A stretch of DNA of 56,156 bases, taken from positions 1 through 56,156 of the IMG/VR virus record IMGVR_UViG_3300045932_000155. One strand, given 5' to 3'. A program made the position numbers and the translations under genes. Source of the DNA: a virus. Taxonomy: Duplodnaviria > Caudoviricetes. Below are positions 8,168-19,300 of this stretch, piece after piece (within the stretch, counting starts at the first letter, position 1; every line of letters starts with the position of its first letter). The notes beneath the pieces are model-generated. The model ran no database searches. It saw nothing but the letters and a program-made list of their open reading frames with translations, and was not told where the DNA came from.

Positions 8168-9562
8168 ATGAGAGCGATTATCACGGCCGCCGGGAGCGGC
8201 AGCCGGTGGAACAACTACCTTGGCGTCCGCAAGCACCAAGCGATGGTGAACGGGGAGCGTTTGATCGACCGCACCGTTCGTCTGCTGCAGGCGCGAGGGA
8301 TCAGCGACATCGTGATCACCTGCCATCCGCATCACCCCTACCACGCACTCGGGGCGCGGACGGTGACGATCCCCTACGAGTCCAGCAACGCGATGGCGCG
8401 GCTGGCGACTCGGCCGTTCTGGCATCTGACAGACCGCACGCTCGTCGTGCTCGGTGACGTGTATCTCACCGAGGCGGCGGCCGACATCATGGTCAAGGAC
8501 CACGGGCTCGGCTGGACGCACTTCGCCCGCCTGAAGCCAAGCGCAGCCACAGGCAAGCCCGGCGCGGAGATGTTCGGCTGCTCCTTCGGTCCCGAGGACC
8601 ACGACGTCTACGCGGACGCGCTGCACCGGGCTGGTCCCGGCAGCGACTGGCCCGCCTACTGCGCCTTCACGGGTCACCCGGTGGACACGGAGCCGAACGA
8701 CATCCGGGACTGGGGCCACCACGTGGAGATCCCCGACGACGGCACCGATGACTTCGACTTCCCCGACGACTTCGAGCGCTTCCTGTTCCACCGTGGCCTT
8801 GGGCCCCGGCGCGTGCGGCGCTCGGACTTCGACGAGCCGTGGTTCGAGGCCCGCATGAAGGAACTCGACGCCTTCAAGAAGATCCACCGGAAGCTGTGGG
8901 AGCACTGCAGCATCGCGCAGGCGTTCGTGGATCGGTTCGGCAGCGGGCACCCGCGCAACGTCCTCGGGTTCGGGGTGGGCAAGGAGCGCCTCCCGGCTTG
9001 GTTCGCGGAGCAGGGAGCCTCGGTGGTAGCCACGGACCGACCCGCGCCGGGCGTGTGGAACACGGCGCAGCACGCTGCGGCGCTGGCGGACCTGCCCTAC
9101 GAGGGCATCACCAGCAAGCCGACCTTCGACCGGAACGTGGCCTACCAGCCGGTGGACATGCGGGACATCCCCATCGGCCTGCACGGCCGGTTCGACTTCA
9201 CGTGGTCCACGTCGTGTCTGGAGCACCTTGGCGGGGTGCGGGCGGGGATGAACTTCTTCCTCAACCAGATGCGCTGCCTGAAGCACGGCGGCATCGCGGC
9301 GCACACGACGGAGTTCCTGATCGGCGGGACGCCTTTCGAGGCCGAGAACCTCTGCGTGTTCACCGGGGCGCACCTGATCGAACTCACGCATCTGGTGGCG
9401 CAGCAGGGCAACCGCCTGTGGCCGATCCTGCTGACGCCGGGCACGCACCCGCACGACGCCTACGTCGATCACCAGCCGTTCCAACTCGAACCGCACCTCA
9501 ACCTGAAGCTCGGCAACGCCACGTTCACGTCGGTGCTGCTCATCGCTGCGAGGATGGCATGA
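8168..9562 (+). CDS. Nucleotidyltransferase (NTP_transferase-like) fused to a class I SAM-dependent methyltransferase
   Basis: N-terminal AIITAAGSGSRW...K...NGERLIDRT; C-terminal VLGFGVGKE, VVATD, VDMRDIP, FDFTWSTSCLEH, LKHGG. Confidence 0.8.
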   Translation: MRAIITAAGSGSRWNNYLGVRKHQAMVNGERLIDRTVRLLQARGISDIVITCHPHHPYHALGARTVTIPYESSNAMARLATRPFWHLTDRTLVVLGDVYLTEAAADIMVKDHGLGWTHFARLKPSAATGKPGAEMFGCSFGPEDHDVYADALHRAGPGSDWPAYCAFTGHPVDTEPNDIRDWGHHVEIPDDGTDDFDFPDDFERFLFHRGLGPRRVRRSDFDEPWFEARMKELDAFKKIHRKLWEHCSIAQAFVDRFGSGHPRNVLGFGVGKERLPAWFAEQGASVVATDRPAPGVWNTAQHAAALADLPYEGITSKPTFDRNVAYQPVDMRDIPIGLHGRFDFTWSTSCLEHLGGVRAGMNFFLNQMRCLKHGGIAAHTTEFLIGGTPFEAENLCVFTGAHLIELTHLVAQQGNRLWPILLTPGTHPHDAYVDHQPFQLEPHLNLKLGNATFTSVLLIAARMA

Positions 9563-11571
9563 AGGAGAAGTTCACAGTCACGGCGGTCATGATCACCACT
9601 CCCGCTCGGGAGACCATCTGTAAGAGGACACTGGATCTCATTCAGAGGTCGCACGCGGACGATCCGCTCGGCATGCCCGAGGTGAACGTCCTCTGCTCCA
9701 ACCAGCGAACGGCCACGGAGAACGTCATCTCCGCGCTGAAGGAGGGCCTGCACCGGGCGCTGCAGGTTGGCTCCGATTTCATTCTCTTTCTGGAGGACGA
9801 CATCGAGCCGTGCAAGGACCTGTTCGGCAGCGTCGAGCGCTGGTTGACGGACCATGCCCGGCCCTCGATTCCGATGTATTCCTTCTCGGTGCCCCACCCG
9901 AAGATCCGGTCCATGCAGAAGTTCACGAGTTGGAACTACCCGACGTCCGTGTTCTGCTGCACGCAGGCGTTCGCGCTCGATGTGAAGTTCGCGCCGGGGC
10001 TCATCGCCTACCTCGAAAAGAACCCGACCGTGACCGGGCCGGACGGCGGAGTCAGCACCGGGGCCTACGATCTGGCGATGCGCTATTGGCTGCAGGCGCT
10101 CCGCATTCCGCAGATCTTGGCCTCCGTGCCAAGCTTCGTGCAGCACGCCGAGGTGGCCAGCACGCTCACACCCGGCAGCCGGGGCGTCAGGATGCCCCTG
10201 TGGGGCGGCCCGGACTACGTCTACACCGGCCCGGCCAAGCCCTCCGCGCCCCCGCCCGTGCGGGAGCGCCCAGTGCTGCTATGGGTGGGAGACGCGGGCT
10301 GCGACAGCGGCTTCGCCCGTTGCACTCATGAGATCCTCAAGACCGTGTCTCAGGAGTGGAAGGTCGTGGTGCTCGGGATCAATTACCGAGGGGAGCCCCA
10401 CAACTATCCATACCCGATGCATCCGGCGGCGCGGGCGTTCACCCGGGAGGAGCCCTTCGGTGCTTCACGTCTGGCCGAGATGATCGACAAGTATGAGCCG
10501 GACGTCGTCGTGATCCAGCAGGACCCGTGGAACATCCCGCGCTACATGAAGGAGATCCCGAAGATCAACGCCATCCGGCCGAAGATGGTCGGGGTCATCG
10601 CCGTGGACGGGGCCAACTGCCGCGCCTCGATGCTGCAGGGGCTCGACCACGTGATCTTCTGGACCCGCTTCGCGCAGGAGGAGGCCAACCTCGCCGGTCT
10701 CAAGGCCCCAAGCACGGTGATCCCCCTCGGGACCGACCGCACGACGTTCACGCCGGGCGACAAGGTCGAGGCAAGGCAGGCCCTCGGGCTTCCCGAGGCT
10801 CTCTGCCGGGAAGAGATCTTCATCGTCGGCAACGTCAACCGGAACCAGCCGCGCAAGCACCTCGACCTGACGGTGCGCTACTTCGCCCGGTTCCTCGACG
10901 AGACGAAGGCGCAGGATGCGTTTCTCTACCTGCACGTGTGCCCCACGGGCGATGTCGGGGTGAACGTGCAGCAGTTGGCGGCCTACTACGGGTTCAGCGT
11001 GCCGAACTTCCGGCGGCTGATCCTGTCGCAGCCAGACGTGTGGGCGGGCGCAACGGACGAGGGGGTGAGGAACACCTACCGGGCGTTCGACGTGCAGATG
11101 ACCACGACGCAGGGCGAGGGATGGGGCCTGACGACGATGGAGGGCATGGCCTGCGGTATTCCGCAGATCCTGCCGCATTGGTCGGCCCTCGGGGAGTGGG
11201 CCGCAGATGCCGCACTGATGGTGCCCTGCTCGATGACGTCCGTGACTCCGGTGGCGAACGCCATCGGAGGTATTATGGACGAACAGGCCGCCGTGCAAGC
11301 CCTCAAGGACCTGTATTCGAACCGGGAACAGCGGATGAACCTGCGTGAGCGCGGGTTGGCGCTGGTGGCCCGGCCAGAATACCAGTGGGCCCGCATTGGC
11401 CGCCGATACGTGGAGACACTGAATGCCGTCAGGAGCCAAGCTCAGGGGCGCTCGGGAGATGCGAAACAAGATCCAGCGGATCAAGAAGAACTTCCCGGAT
11501 CGAGCGGGGGCGGCGCTGTATCAGGAAACGGAGATCGACTCGACCGAGGTGAAGCGGCGCACGCCGGTTGA
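9559..11571 (+). CDS. Two-domain glycosyltransferase (N-terminal GT-A-like, C-terminal GT-B/GT4-like)
   Basis: Start ATG overlaps the upstream stop (ATGA); ILFLEDD (GT-A acidic motif); SGFAR, VGNVNRNQPRK, GEGWGLTTMEGMACG (GT4 ExxGxxxxE). Confidence 0.85.
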   Translation: MKEKFTVTAVMITTPARETICKRTLDLIQRSHADDPLGMPEVNVLCSNQRTATENVISALKEGLHRALQVGSDFILFLEDDIEPCKDLFGSVERWLTDHARPSIPMYSFSVPHPKIRSMQKFTSWNYPTSVFCCTQAFALDVKFAPGLIAYLEKNPTVTGPDGGVSTGAYDLAMRYWLQALRIPQILASVPSFVQHAEVASTLTPGSRGVRMPLWGGPDYVYTGPAKPSAPPPVRERPVLLWVGDAGCDSGFARCTHEILKTVSQEWKVVVLGINYRGEPHNYPYPMHPAARAFTREEPFGASRLAEMIDKYEPDVVVIQQDPWNIPRYMKEIPKINAIRPKMVGVIAVDGANCRASMLQGLDHVIFWTRFAQEEANLAGLKAPSTVIPLGTDRTTFTPGDKVEARQALGLPEALCREEIFIVGNVNRNQPRKHLDLTVRYFARFLDETKAQDAFLYLHVCPTGDVGVNVQQLAAYYGFSVPNFRRLILSQPDVWAGATDEGVRNTYRAFDVQMTTTQGEGWGLTTMEGMACGIPQILPHWSALGEWAADAALMVPCSMTSVTPVANAIGGIMDEQAAVQALKDLYSNREQRMNLRERGLALVARPEYQWARIGRRYVETLNAVRSQAQGRSGDAKQDPADQEELPGSSGGGAVSGNGDRLDRGEAAHAG

Positions 11572-11812
11572 CGAGGGCCATCTGCGGGGGTCGGTTCACC
11601 CGCAGGGCCCGTTCCGGGAGCGCGAGATCATCTACACGCTGATCGTGTGTGGCGGCCCGGCGGCTCCCTACGCGATCTTCGTGCATGAGAACTTGACGGC
11701 CAAGCACGACGTGGGGCAGGCCAAGTTCCTCGAATCGGTCATCATGGAGAGCCGCCGGACGATGGCGGCCCGGGTGGCCCGGCGGTTGCAATTGGAAGAC
11801 ATGAACCGATAG
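11423..11812 (+). CDS. HK97 gp10-like tail completion/neck protein
   Basis: TPVDEGHLRGS, APYAIFVHE, GQAKFLE motifs; SD GGAG. Confidence 0.8.
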   Translation: MPSGAKLRGAREMRNKIQRIKKNFPDRAGAALYQETEIDSTEVKRRTPVDEGHLRGSVHPQGPFREREIIYTLIVCGGPAAPYAIFVHENLTAKHDVGQAKFLESVIMESRRTMAARVARRLQLEDMNR

Positions 11813-11820
11813 GAGCAGAC

Positions 11821-12237
11821 ATGGCGACGTTTCTGGAAGATCTGGTCACGCTGATCGAGGACGCAGGGGCAGGCGACGGGGGCGTCGATCTGTTCTACTC
11901 GACCAATGCGAACGTGCCCCGGCTACCCTCGGGAGAGCCGACCGTCCACATCATCGAGACGGGCGGCACGTCGCCCGACCACACGCAGAACTCGGCCATC
12001 ATTCCGGCCTACATCCAGCCTGCCGCGCAGATCACCGTGCGGGCGGATGCCTACGAGGATGCCCGCGCCCGCGCCGAGGAAGTGTATCTCGCGCTGAACA
12101 TCCGAAACATGTTCGTGAACTCAGGTTGGTATGTCTGGATCAAGCCACTGCAGGAGCCGTTCGACGGCGGGGTGGACGAGACGGGCAGCCAGATCAAGGT
12201 GCAATTCAACGTCATCGCTAAAAAGGGAGAGAGGTAA
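11821..12237 (+). CDS. Tail terminator-like protein
   Basis: IIETGG...QPAAQITVRA..YEDA pattern; synteny. Confidence 0.7.
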   Translation: MATFLEDLVTLIEDAGAGDGGVDLFYSTNANVPRLPSGEPTVHIIETGGTSPDHTQNSAIIPAYIQPAAQITVRADAYEDARARAEEVYLALNIRNMFVNSGWYVWIKPLQEPFDGGVDETGSQIKVQFNVIAKKGER

Positions 12238-12239
12238 TC

Positions 12240-12656
12240 ATGGCGGAACGAAAGAAGAAGGTCCTGTCGTTTGCGGAACTGGAGACGGCTGACGACCGGA
12301 AGTTCGACACGGTCGAGGCGTTCGGGGGCACCGTGCGTCTCGCCTCGCTGAGCGCGTTCGACATGCTGGCGTGGGTCGAGGAAAACGATGACAAGGAGAA
12401 GGCCAAGCTGGCGGGCTTCCGCATGCTGGTCAAGGCCCTCGTCGATGAGGACGGCAATGGCCTCCCTGCCGACCAGCACGACAGCATGATCGAGAAGCTC
12501 CGGCGCAAGGACGCCAGCGACTGCAAGAAGCTGATCGAGCGGGCGCTGAGGCTCAACGGCATCGGCGTCGGGAAGGCGGAGTCGGTAAAAAACGACTCCG
12601 GCGAAGCGGGCTCCGGCGCTTCGCCTGCCGCCTCGCCCTCGCCCTCGGCCGAGTAA
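12240..12656 (+). CDS. Tail assembly chaperone (gpG-like)
   Basis: LVKALVDEDG motif; ends just after slippery site A AAA AAC. Confidence 0.8.
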   Translation: MAERKKKVLSFAELETADDRKFDTVEAFGGTVRLASLSAFDMLAWVEENDDKEKAKLAGFRMLVKALVDEDGNGLPADQHDSMIEKLRRKDASDCKKLIERALRLNGIGVGKAESVKNDSGEAGSGASPAASPSPSAE

Positions 12657-12982
12657 GTCCAGACCGGCTGCTCAAGGAGATGTCCTACGAGGACCTCCTT
12701 GAGTGGCAGGCTTACGACCGGATCGAGCCCATCGGAGCGGCTCGGGACGACTGGCATGCGGCATCGATCTGCGCCACCATGTGGAACATCGCGGCGGCGC
12801 AGGCGGGGATGAAGAAGCACTTCGCGCCCAAGGATTTCCTGCTGGAGTTCGGCAAGACCCCCGAGGAGGCCGCTCAGGCGGCTCCACGGCAAAGCTGGCA
12901 GCAACAGCGGCTCATTGGTATGATGATGGCTGCCTCGGCCAAGGCCGAGGAGGCCCTCAAACAAAGGCGGCGTAAACGGTGA
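12587..12982 (+). CDS. Tail assembly chaperone -1 frameshift extension (gpGT-like)
   Basis: Heptamer AAAAAAC at 12587-12593; the -1 frame is open (RRFACRLALALGRVSPDRLLKEMSYEDLLEWQAYDRIEPIG) and continuous with ORF 12680-12982. Confidence 0.85.
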   Translation, partial: KKRLRRSGLRRFACRLALALGRVSPDRLLKEMSYEDLLEWQAYDRIEPIGAARDDWHAASICATMWNIAAAQAGMKKHFAPKDFLLEFGKTPEEAAQAAPRQSWQQQRLIGMMMAASAKAEEALKQRRRKR

Positions 12983-15759
12983 GTTTGGACATTGGCGTTC
13001 TCTCCGGACGGGTCGAGCTTGATGACAAGCTGACGCCCGTGCTCGACCTCTCGACGGTCTCCGTCGAGCAGTTCGAGCGAATGTTCTCTCGCATGGGAAG
13101 CACGGTGACGCAGCAGGCCACGGCCTTCTTCACGGCCGAGGTGGCGATTCGCGCCGTGGAGGGAGCGATCCGTTCGGCCCTCGGGATCGTGACGGACTTC
13201 ACGACCCGAGGGGCGATGATCGGGGACGTCGCGGAGAGCTTCGAACGCCTCACCGAGGGCGCTGGCCGAATGGGCGACACGCTCCTCGGCAAACTGCGAA
13301 CCGGCACGCACGGCACCATCGACGATCTGCGGCTCATGCAGATGGTCAATCAGGACCTTGCGGCCGGTCTGAACCTCACCGATGACCAGTTCAAACAGAT
13401 GGCGGACGGCGCGTTCGCCCTCGCGCAGGCGACCGGGCAGGACGTCGCGCAGGCGCTGGAGACCGTCAATCAGGCGCTGCTCACGGGCCGCACGCGGTCC
13501 CTGCAGCAGTTGACCGGGCGCATCGATCTGGAGGCCGCCGAGAAGAAGTATGCGGAGACCCTCGGAACGACCGTGGACCACCTCACGAATGAGGGCAAGC
13601 TGCACGCGGCCCGCCTCGGCATTCTGGAGGCGGTCGGCAAGGCAACGGCCAAGCTCGGGGAGCAGACGGACGGCGTGGATGAGATCATCGCGCAGATCCA
13701 GACCACGTGGACGAACTTCTACAACGACCTGCTGAAGGCCGTCGCCACGTCCCCGAACGTCGTGAAGGCTTTCACGGCCATCCGGGACGCGCTGTTCTCC
13801 GCATTCGGGGACACGGCCAGCGTGCAGGAAAAGATTCTGGAGTGGGTGAACGCCTTCGCTGATCAGGTGGCCTACTACGGCCCGAAGGTCATCCAGTGGT
13901 TCCGGGACGCGTGGCAGTGGGTCACGAATCTCGCCAAGACCGTCGTGCAGGAGTGGAACACTCTCCCCGACTGGTTCAAGGAAGTGGCGAAATGGTCCGT
14001 GGCTGCGGGCGTCGGCGTCGTGGCTGCCGGTGGAGCACTGCAGGTCGCGGGCAATACCATCGAGGGCCTGATCGGTGTGGCGGGCAACCTCGGCACGGCG
14101 CTGACCTCGTGGCCGAAGATCTGGCAGGGCATCACGGGTGCCGTGGGCTCGGCCGCCGGAGTGCTCAAGACGCTGGACTTCTCCAGCTTGGCCGACGCCC
14201 GGGCGTCCGTCGCGCTGTTGGCGGAGGGCGCGATGGCCGCGATTGGCCCCCTCGGGGCGCTGGCCGTGGCCATTGGCGCGGTTGTGGCGGCCTACAAGAT
14301 CGGCCAGACGGAAGCCGTGAGCGGGTTCTTCGAGAACCTCGGGCTCCGGCTGCAGGGCTTCTCCGCCGAGGAGGCGCGGGCCGCCATCGAGTCCCGCAAG
14401 CTGAACGAGGAACTGCTCAAGCAGGCTGACGCGGCGCACAAGACGGCGCAAGCCGCGCAGGCGGCCGAAGCTGCGGCTGCGGCTGCCGCCAAGGAGGCCG
14501 AGGCGAAGCGCGTGGCGGCCGTCGAGACGAAGAACCTGCAGGTCATGGAGCAGGCCCGCGCCCACATCCTCGCCAAGACCGAGGCCGAGTCCAAGAAGCT
14601 CGCAGCGGCGCAGGCCGAACTCAAGTCCTCCGGTGATTCGTGGAAGCTCACCGTGCAGGCGATGGACCAGACGCAGGTGGCCGCCATCAAGGGCTACCTC
14701 GAAGCGGGTGTCGCGCAGGGCACGCTGGCGACTGCCTACGGCGTGACGGCTACTCAGATCACGGCCGTGGCGAAGGCGCTGGATGCCGAACAGGAGGCCA
14801 TGAAGCTGGAGGCCAAGGCTCAGCAGGATAGCCTCGCCCGGTGGAACGAGTATCACGCGCTGCGCGAGGCGCGGAGCGGCGTGGCGACCGATATGACGAT
14901 GCTGCACATTCGGCAGTGGGAGCGGCAGCAGATCGAGTCGCACATCAAGGCCAAGACCGCGACGGCGGACTTCTACACGTGGGTCGGTCAGATGTCCCGC
15001 GAGATGTATCAGCAGGAGAACCAGCGTCGGCTGGAGGCGGACGTCAACAGCAAGGCGTATTGGCAGAAGCTCGCTCGGGACGCGCAGGAGGCTTACGACT
15101 TCGCGGCGCGGAACTCCTCGGAGTTCACGCAGACGCACATCCAGAACCTGAAGATGCAGGCCGATGCGGCGGCTCAGACGGCCGCCATGTGGCGTGCGGG
15201 CCTCGGCGGGGCGCTGGACAGCGTCTCGGCCAAGGCGACCGAGATCTCCGGCAAGATGTCCGGGCTGGCCGGGCAGGCCAAGGAGATCATGCAGAGCTTC
15301 TCCACGACGGCCGACCCGATCTCGGAGTATGACGTCGAGCGGCAGGGCGGCCCCAAGAAGCTGCTCGAAGACCTGCGTGCGCTGGAAAACTTGCTGCCGA
15401 CCGCGCAGGCCAACGTGAAGGACTTCAAATCGTGGGATACGTATCTGCAGATGCAGTTGCGATACAACCTGCTCAAGCAGGCGTATCCGATGCTGCTCCA
15501 GATGCTGAAGAAGGATTCGCCGGGCTTCGCCGGGGGCGGATACGGAGACTTCGGTTCCGGCACGCTGGCGGTGCTCCACGGCAAGGAGGCCATCGTGCCG
15601 ATGGAGGGTGGTGGTTCGGGAAGCATGGGCGAGTTCTTCGCCAGCCGGGTGCCGAAGCAGTCGGTGGTGTTCAACGTGAGTGTCAACGGGGACGGCAGGA
15701 CCGTGGCCCGGGAAATGATGCAGAAGATCAAGATGAGCCGACAGTTCTGGTCGGCCTAA
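12979..15759 (+). CDS. Tape measure protein
   Basis: 926 aa, Ala-rich and helical, follows the chaperones; C-terminal FAGGG...LAVLHGKEAIVP motif. Confidence 0.9.
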   Translation: MSLDIGVLSGRVELDDKLTPVLDLSTVSVEQFERMFSRMGSTVTQQATAFFTAEVAIRAVEGAIRSALGIVTDFTTRGAMIGDVAESFERLTEGAGRMGDTLLGKLRTGTHGTIDDLRLMQMVNQDLAAGLNLTDDQFKQMADGAFALAQATGQDVAQALETVNQALLTGRTRSLQQLTGRIDLEAAEKKYAETLGTTVDHLTNEGKLHAARLGILEAVGKATAKLGEQTDGVDEIIAQIQTTWTNFYNDLLKAVATSPNVVKAFTAIRDALFSAFGDTASVQEKILEWVNAFADQVAYYGPKVIQWFRDAWQWVTNLAKTVVQEWNTLPDWFKEVAKWSVAAGVGVVAAGGALQVAGNTIEGLIGVAGNLGTALTSWPKIWQGITGAVGSAAGVLKTLDFSSLADARASVALLAEGAMAAIGPLGALAVAIGAVVAAYKIGQTEAVSGFFENLGLRLQGFSAEEARAAIESRKLNEELLKQADAAHKTAQAAQAAEAAAAAAAKEAEAKRVAAVETKNLQVMEQARAHILAKTEAESKKLAAAQAELKSSGDSWKLTVQAMDQTQVAAIKGYLEAGVAQGTLATAYGVTATQITAVAKALDAEQEAMKLEAKAQQDSLARWNEYHALREARSGVATDMTMLHIRQWERQQIESHIKAKTATADFYTWVGQMSREMYQQENQRRLEADVNSKAYWQKLARDAQEAYDFAARNSSEFTQTHIQNLKMQADAAAQTAAMWRAGLGGALDSVSAKATEISGKMSGLAGQAKEIMQSFSTTADPISEYDVERQGGPKKLLEDLRALENLLPTAQANVKDFKSWDTYLQMQLRYNLLKQAYPMLLQMLKKDSPGFAGGGYGDFGSGTLAVLHGKEAIVPMEGGGSGSMGEFFASRVPKQSVVFNVSVNGDGRTVAREMMQKIKMSRQFWSA

Positions 15760-15777
15760 CCTCGGGAGGGGTGAACA

Positions 15778-16347
15778 ATGGCGCGTGGATTTTGGGAGAC
15801 TCTGGAAACGGCAACTGGTGACGGCTCGACTCTGACGGCGGCTGCGGCTGCCTCGGCGCTCCCGTCGCAGGCGAAGTTCACTCTTCGCCCGAACTACTTC
15901 AACTCCATCGGCAAGCAACTGCTGATCAAGGCGGCGGGCCGCATCTCGTCCGTCATCACGACCCCGGGCACGGCGCGGTTCGACGTGCGCCTCGGCGGCA
16001 CCGTGGTGTTCGACGGCCTCGCGGTGCTGCTCGACACGGTCGCGGCGCACACCACGGTGGGCTGGAAGCTGGAGATCTGGCTGACTGCCCGGGCCATCGG
16101 CTCGACCGGCAACCTGATGGGCGTCGGCACGTGGACGTGCGAGGACATCCTCGGGGTCCCGGCGACGGCCCCGAAGGGGGTCCTGACGGCCATCCTGCCG
16201 TGGAACACGGCCCCCGCGGTCGGGTCGAACTTCGACACGACGGCCTCACAGCAGGTGGACCTGTTCTTCACGCAGACCGTGGCGACCGGCAGCATGACGC
16301 TGCACCAGTTCTCGCTGATCGATCCGACGTCCAACGGCGGCAACTAA
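15778..16347 (+). CDS. Putative virion structural protein (Thr/Ala/Gly-rich beta protein)
   Basis: SD GGAGG; between tape measure and tail tip gene; composition only. Confidence 0.5.
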   Translation: MARGFWETLETATGDGSTLTAAAAASALPSQAKFTLRPNYFNSIGKQLLIKAAGRISSVITTPGTARFDVRLGGTVVFDGLAVLLDTVAAHTTVGWKLEIWLTARAIGSTGNLMGVGTWTCEDILGVPATAPKGVLTAILPWNTAPAVGSNFDTTASQQVDLFFTQTVATGSMTLHQFSLIDPTSNGGN

Positions 16348-16359
16348 GGAGCCGACACG

Positions 16360-19300
16360 TTGGCCTTTAAGCCTCCCTTCTTCCCGGCGGCGGCTCCGAC
16401 TCCGTCCAATCACTGGGCGGAGACGGGGCCCGTCGTCTATTCGGTTGATCCGAATTCCAGCTATTTGGCGGGCGGCGTTTCGGTCACGATCAGCGGCATC
16501 CGGTTTGCCAACCATCAGGACGGCTCGGCTCCCGAGGTGCTCATCGGCGGGGTGGCCGCCACGAGCGTGGTGGTTGTCTCCGCGACGGAGATCACGTGCG
16601 TCGTGCCTGCGGCCACGGAGGCCGGGGCCGTCGATGTCACGGTCACGACCTACGGCGGCAGCCACACGCTGGTGGATGGCTTCATCTACTACGAGGCCGT
16701 CATCACGGGCGTCGAGCCACCCTTCGGGCCCTTCGGCGGCGGCACCGACGTGGTCATCGTCGGCTTCAACTTCGTGGACGGTTCGACGGTGTTCTTCGGG
16801 GACGATGCGGCCACCAACGTGGTGTTCATCGATTCCTCGCACATCGCCTGCACCACGCCCTCGCACGCGGAGGGCTTCGTGGACGTGCGGGTGGTGGACC
16901 CGGATGACAATGAGGCCACCCTCCGAAACGGATTCAAATACACGCTGCTGGTGCGTGGCGAGGACTTCCGCCGGATGCCGGGCGTCGGCATTCGAGATGC
17001 GCTGAACAATGCCCCGAACACGGCGACGTTCTCCGTGGACGGCGAGAGTCAGGAACCGTTGCCCGGCGAGGAGATCGAGATCACCGATCCGGAGGACGGC
17101 GACCGAGTGCTCTTCCGGGGCATCATTCAGTCCGTCGATCAGGCTTACGAGGGCCAGACGAACCAACTGGTCTGGAACTGCATGGCCACGGACTTCACGT
17201 GGTTGCTCAACAAGTATCGCCCGTCCGGCAAGTATGTGAACGTGTCGGCGTCCACCGTGGTCATCGACCTGATGGCGAAGTTCGCCCCGGGATTCACGGT
17301 CGAACACGTGCAGACGAACCTCGCGCCGGTGTCGGCGGAGTTCGACGGCACGATGGACCTGATGACCTGCCTCTCGGAGATCGCCCGCAGCATCGGCGGC
17401 GGTCACTGGTATGTGGACTATGACAAGGACATGCACTTCTTCCACGTGCCTCCGCCCGAGGGCGTGGTCACGGTGCCGACTTCGCCGGGTCCCGGGACGC
17501 CCATTACGTTGACCGAGGACGGGCCCATCGAGTATCTGGCCAGCTTCACGACCGGCTACTACTACGTGCGGTCCACGTTCCTGTATTCGAATGGCGTCGA
17601 GTCGCGCCTCGGCCCCATCTCGGCCATCGTGCCGTTCACGGGCACGAACTACATGCAGATGGACGATATCCCCCTCGGGACCGACCCGGGCGGCGGGATC
17701 ACCTGCGTAGGCCGCCGGATCTACTTCGGGCGCGGCACGTTCCCGATGATTCGCGGCTGGCGGATCAATGACAACACGACGACCAGCATCACGGTGTTCC
17801 CGGGCGGCATCGTCGCGGCTCCCATCGTCTACGAGGGCAGTCAGGGTGCGATCATCACCCCGCCGGTTACCCCGCCCACCCCGGCCCCGATCACGGCCCC
17901 CGTGGTGGGCATCGTCACCTACGATGATCCGTTCTTGAACCCGAGTGGGACCAACTTCCCGCCTCCGAACGTGCAAACGGGCTCGAACGGGAACTGGGTG
18001 TTTCAGGCGTCGGCGGTCTATCAGGACGGCACGGAGTCCCTGCCGTCGCCATTCTCGAACTCGGTGTATCTCGGGCAGACGCCTCTGCCGAGTGGCACCG
18101 GGCCGGGCCTCTCGACGACGCTGAACTTCCCGACGTTCCTCTCGCTGCCGCTCTTCCCGGACATCAACGGGGTGAGCCCGGCCTACTACAAGATCTATGC
18201 GAAGAAGCTCCCACCCACGGGCAGCGGCGGGATCATTGTCGATGACCCGGCGGTCTTTATCCCGCACTTCTGGTGCAACATGCCCTACGGCAGCACCGGG
18301 GAGCCGGACAACACCGAGATCGACTACGGCGACCGGCCGCGCTTCACGGGAGACACCCCGAGTCTGATTTGGCCGAACCCGGATGGGCCGTATCTGGAGG
18401 ATACCGATCCGCCGGAGGACATCGATCACAACAGCACGCTGCTGATCCGGGACCAGCCGATCACCAGCACGAAGGATCAGTCGCAGCTTCGGAACCGCGT
18501 GACGATCCTCGGCATGGGCACCTCAGTGACCGAGGATGCCGCGCCGGGCGACAGTCAGCTTCAGGTGTCCGACTGCTCGATCTTCGGGGAGGCCGGAGGC
18601 GAGATCATTGTCAACGGCAAGGTGCTGATCTATTTCGCGCCGGGCACGAACGAGCCGGGTCCGGGCGCGGTGTTCCTGACGCAGGCGATCACGGACGCCA
18701 TCCCGGCGGGAAGTTCCGTCCGGTTCTACATGCAGATCAACGACTTTGCCTCGCAGGAAGCGATGGGCAAGGTCGAACTGGACGCGGACGGCAACCCCAC
18801 GGACGGCGTTCACGAGGTGGTCATCAAGGACGACTCCCTGTATCTACCGCAGCAGTTGTATATGCGGGCGAACGCGGAACTGGAGTTGTTCTCCAAGCCC
18901 ATCATCACGGTTCGGTATTCTACCCGCGACCCGAAGTCGAAGTCCGGCCAGCGTGTCAACATCAACCTGACCAACCCGCCGATCAGCGGCACGTTCCTGA
19001 TTCAGGACGTCTCCATCGACCAGATCCACGACGAGTCGGATCTGGTCCTGCCGCGCTACAACGTGACGGCCTCCTCGGTGCGATTCGACCTCGAAGACCT
19101 GCTGATGCAGATCGGCAAGGAGACCATCGGCTCTGGCGGAGCGGCCGTCAGCACCGGGCTCGTCGGAGTGGGCAGCATCGGGGGAAGCGGCGGCCTGCTC
19201 CGAGGGGACGTCCATCCGCAGGGAGTGTTCGAAGCTCCTGTGGGCACGACCTACATCCGGAGTAACGGCGTCCGCTACTACAAGCAGGGAGGCGGAGAGA

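Noticed and set aside
8839-9558. Long N-terminal extension of the glycosyltransferase ORF (and similar extensions at 29299, 35681, 39362)
   Set aside because: Overlaps motif-bearing upstream genes or promoters; coupled or SD-supported starts lie downstream
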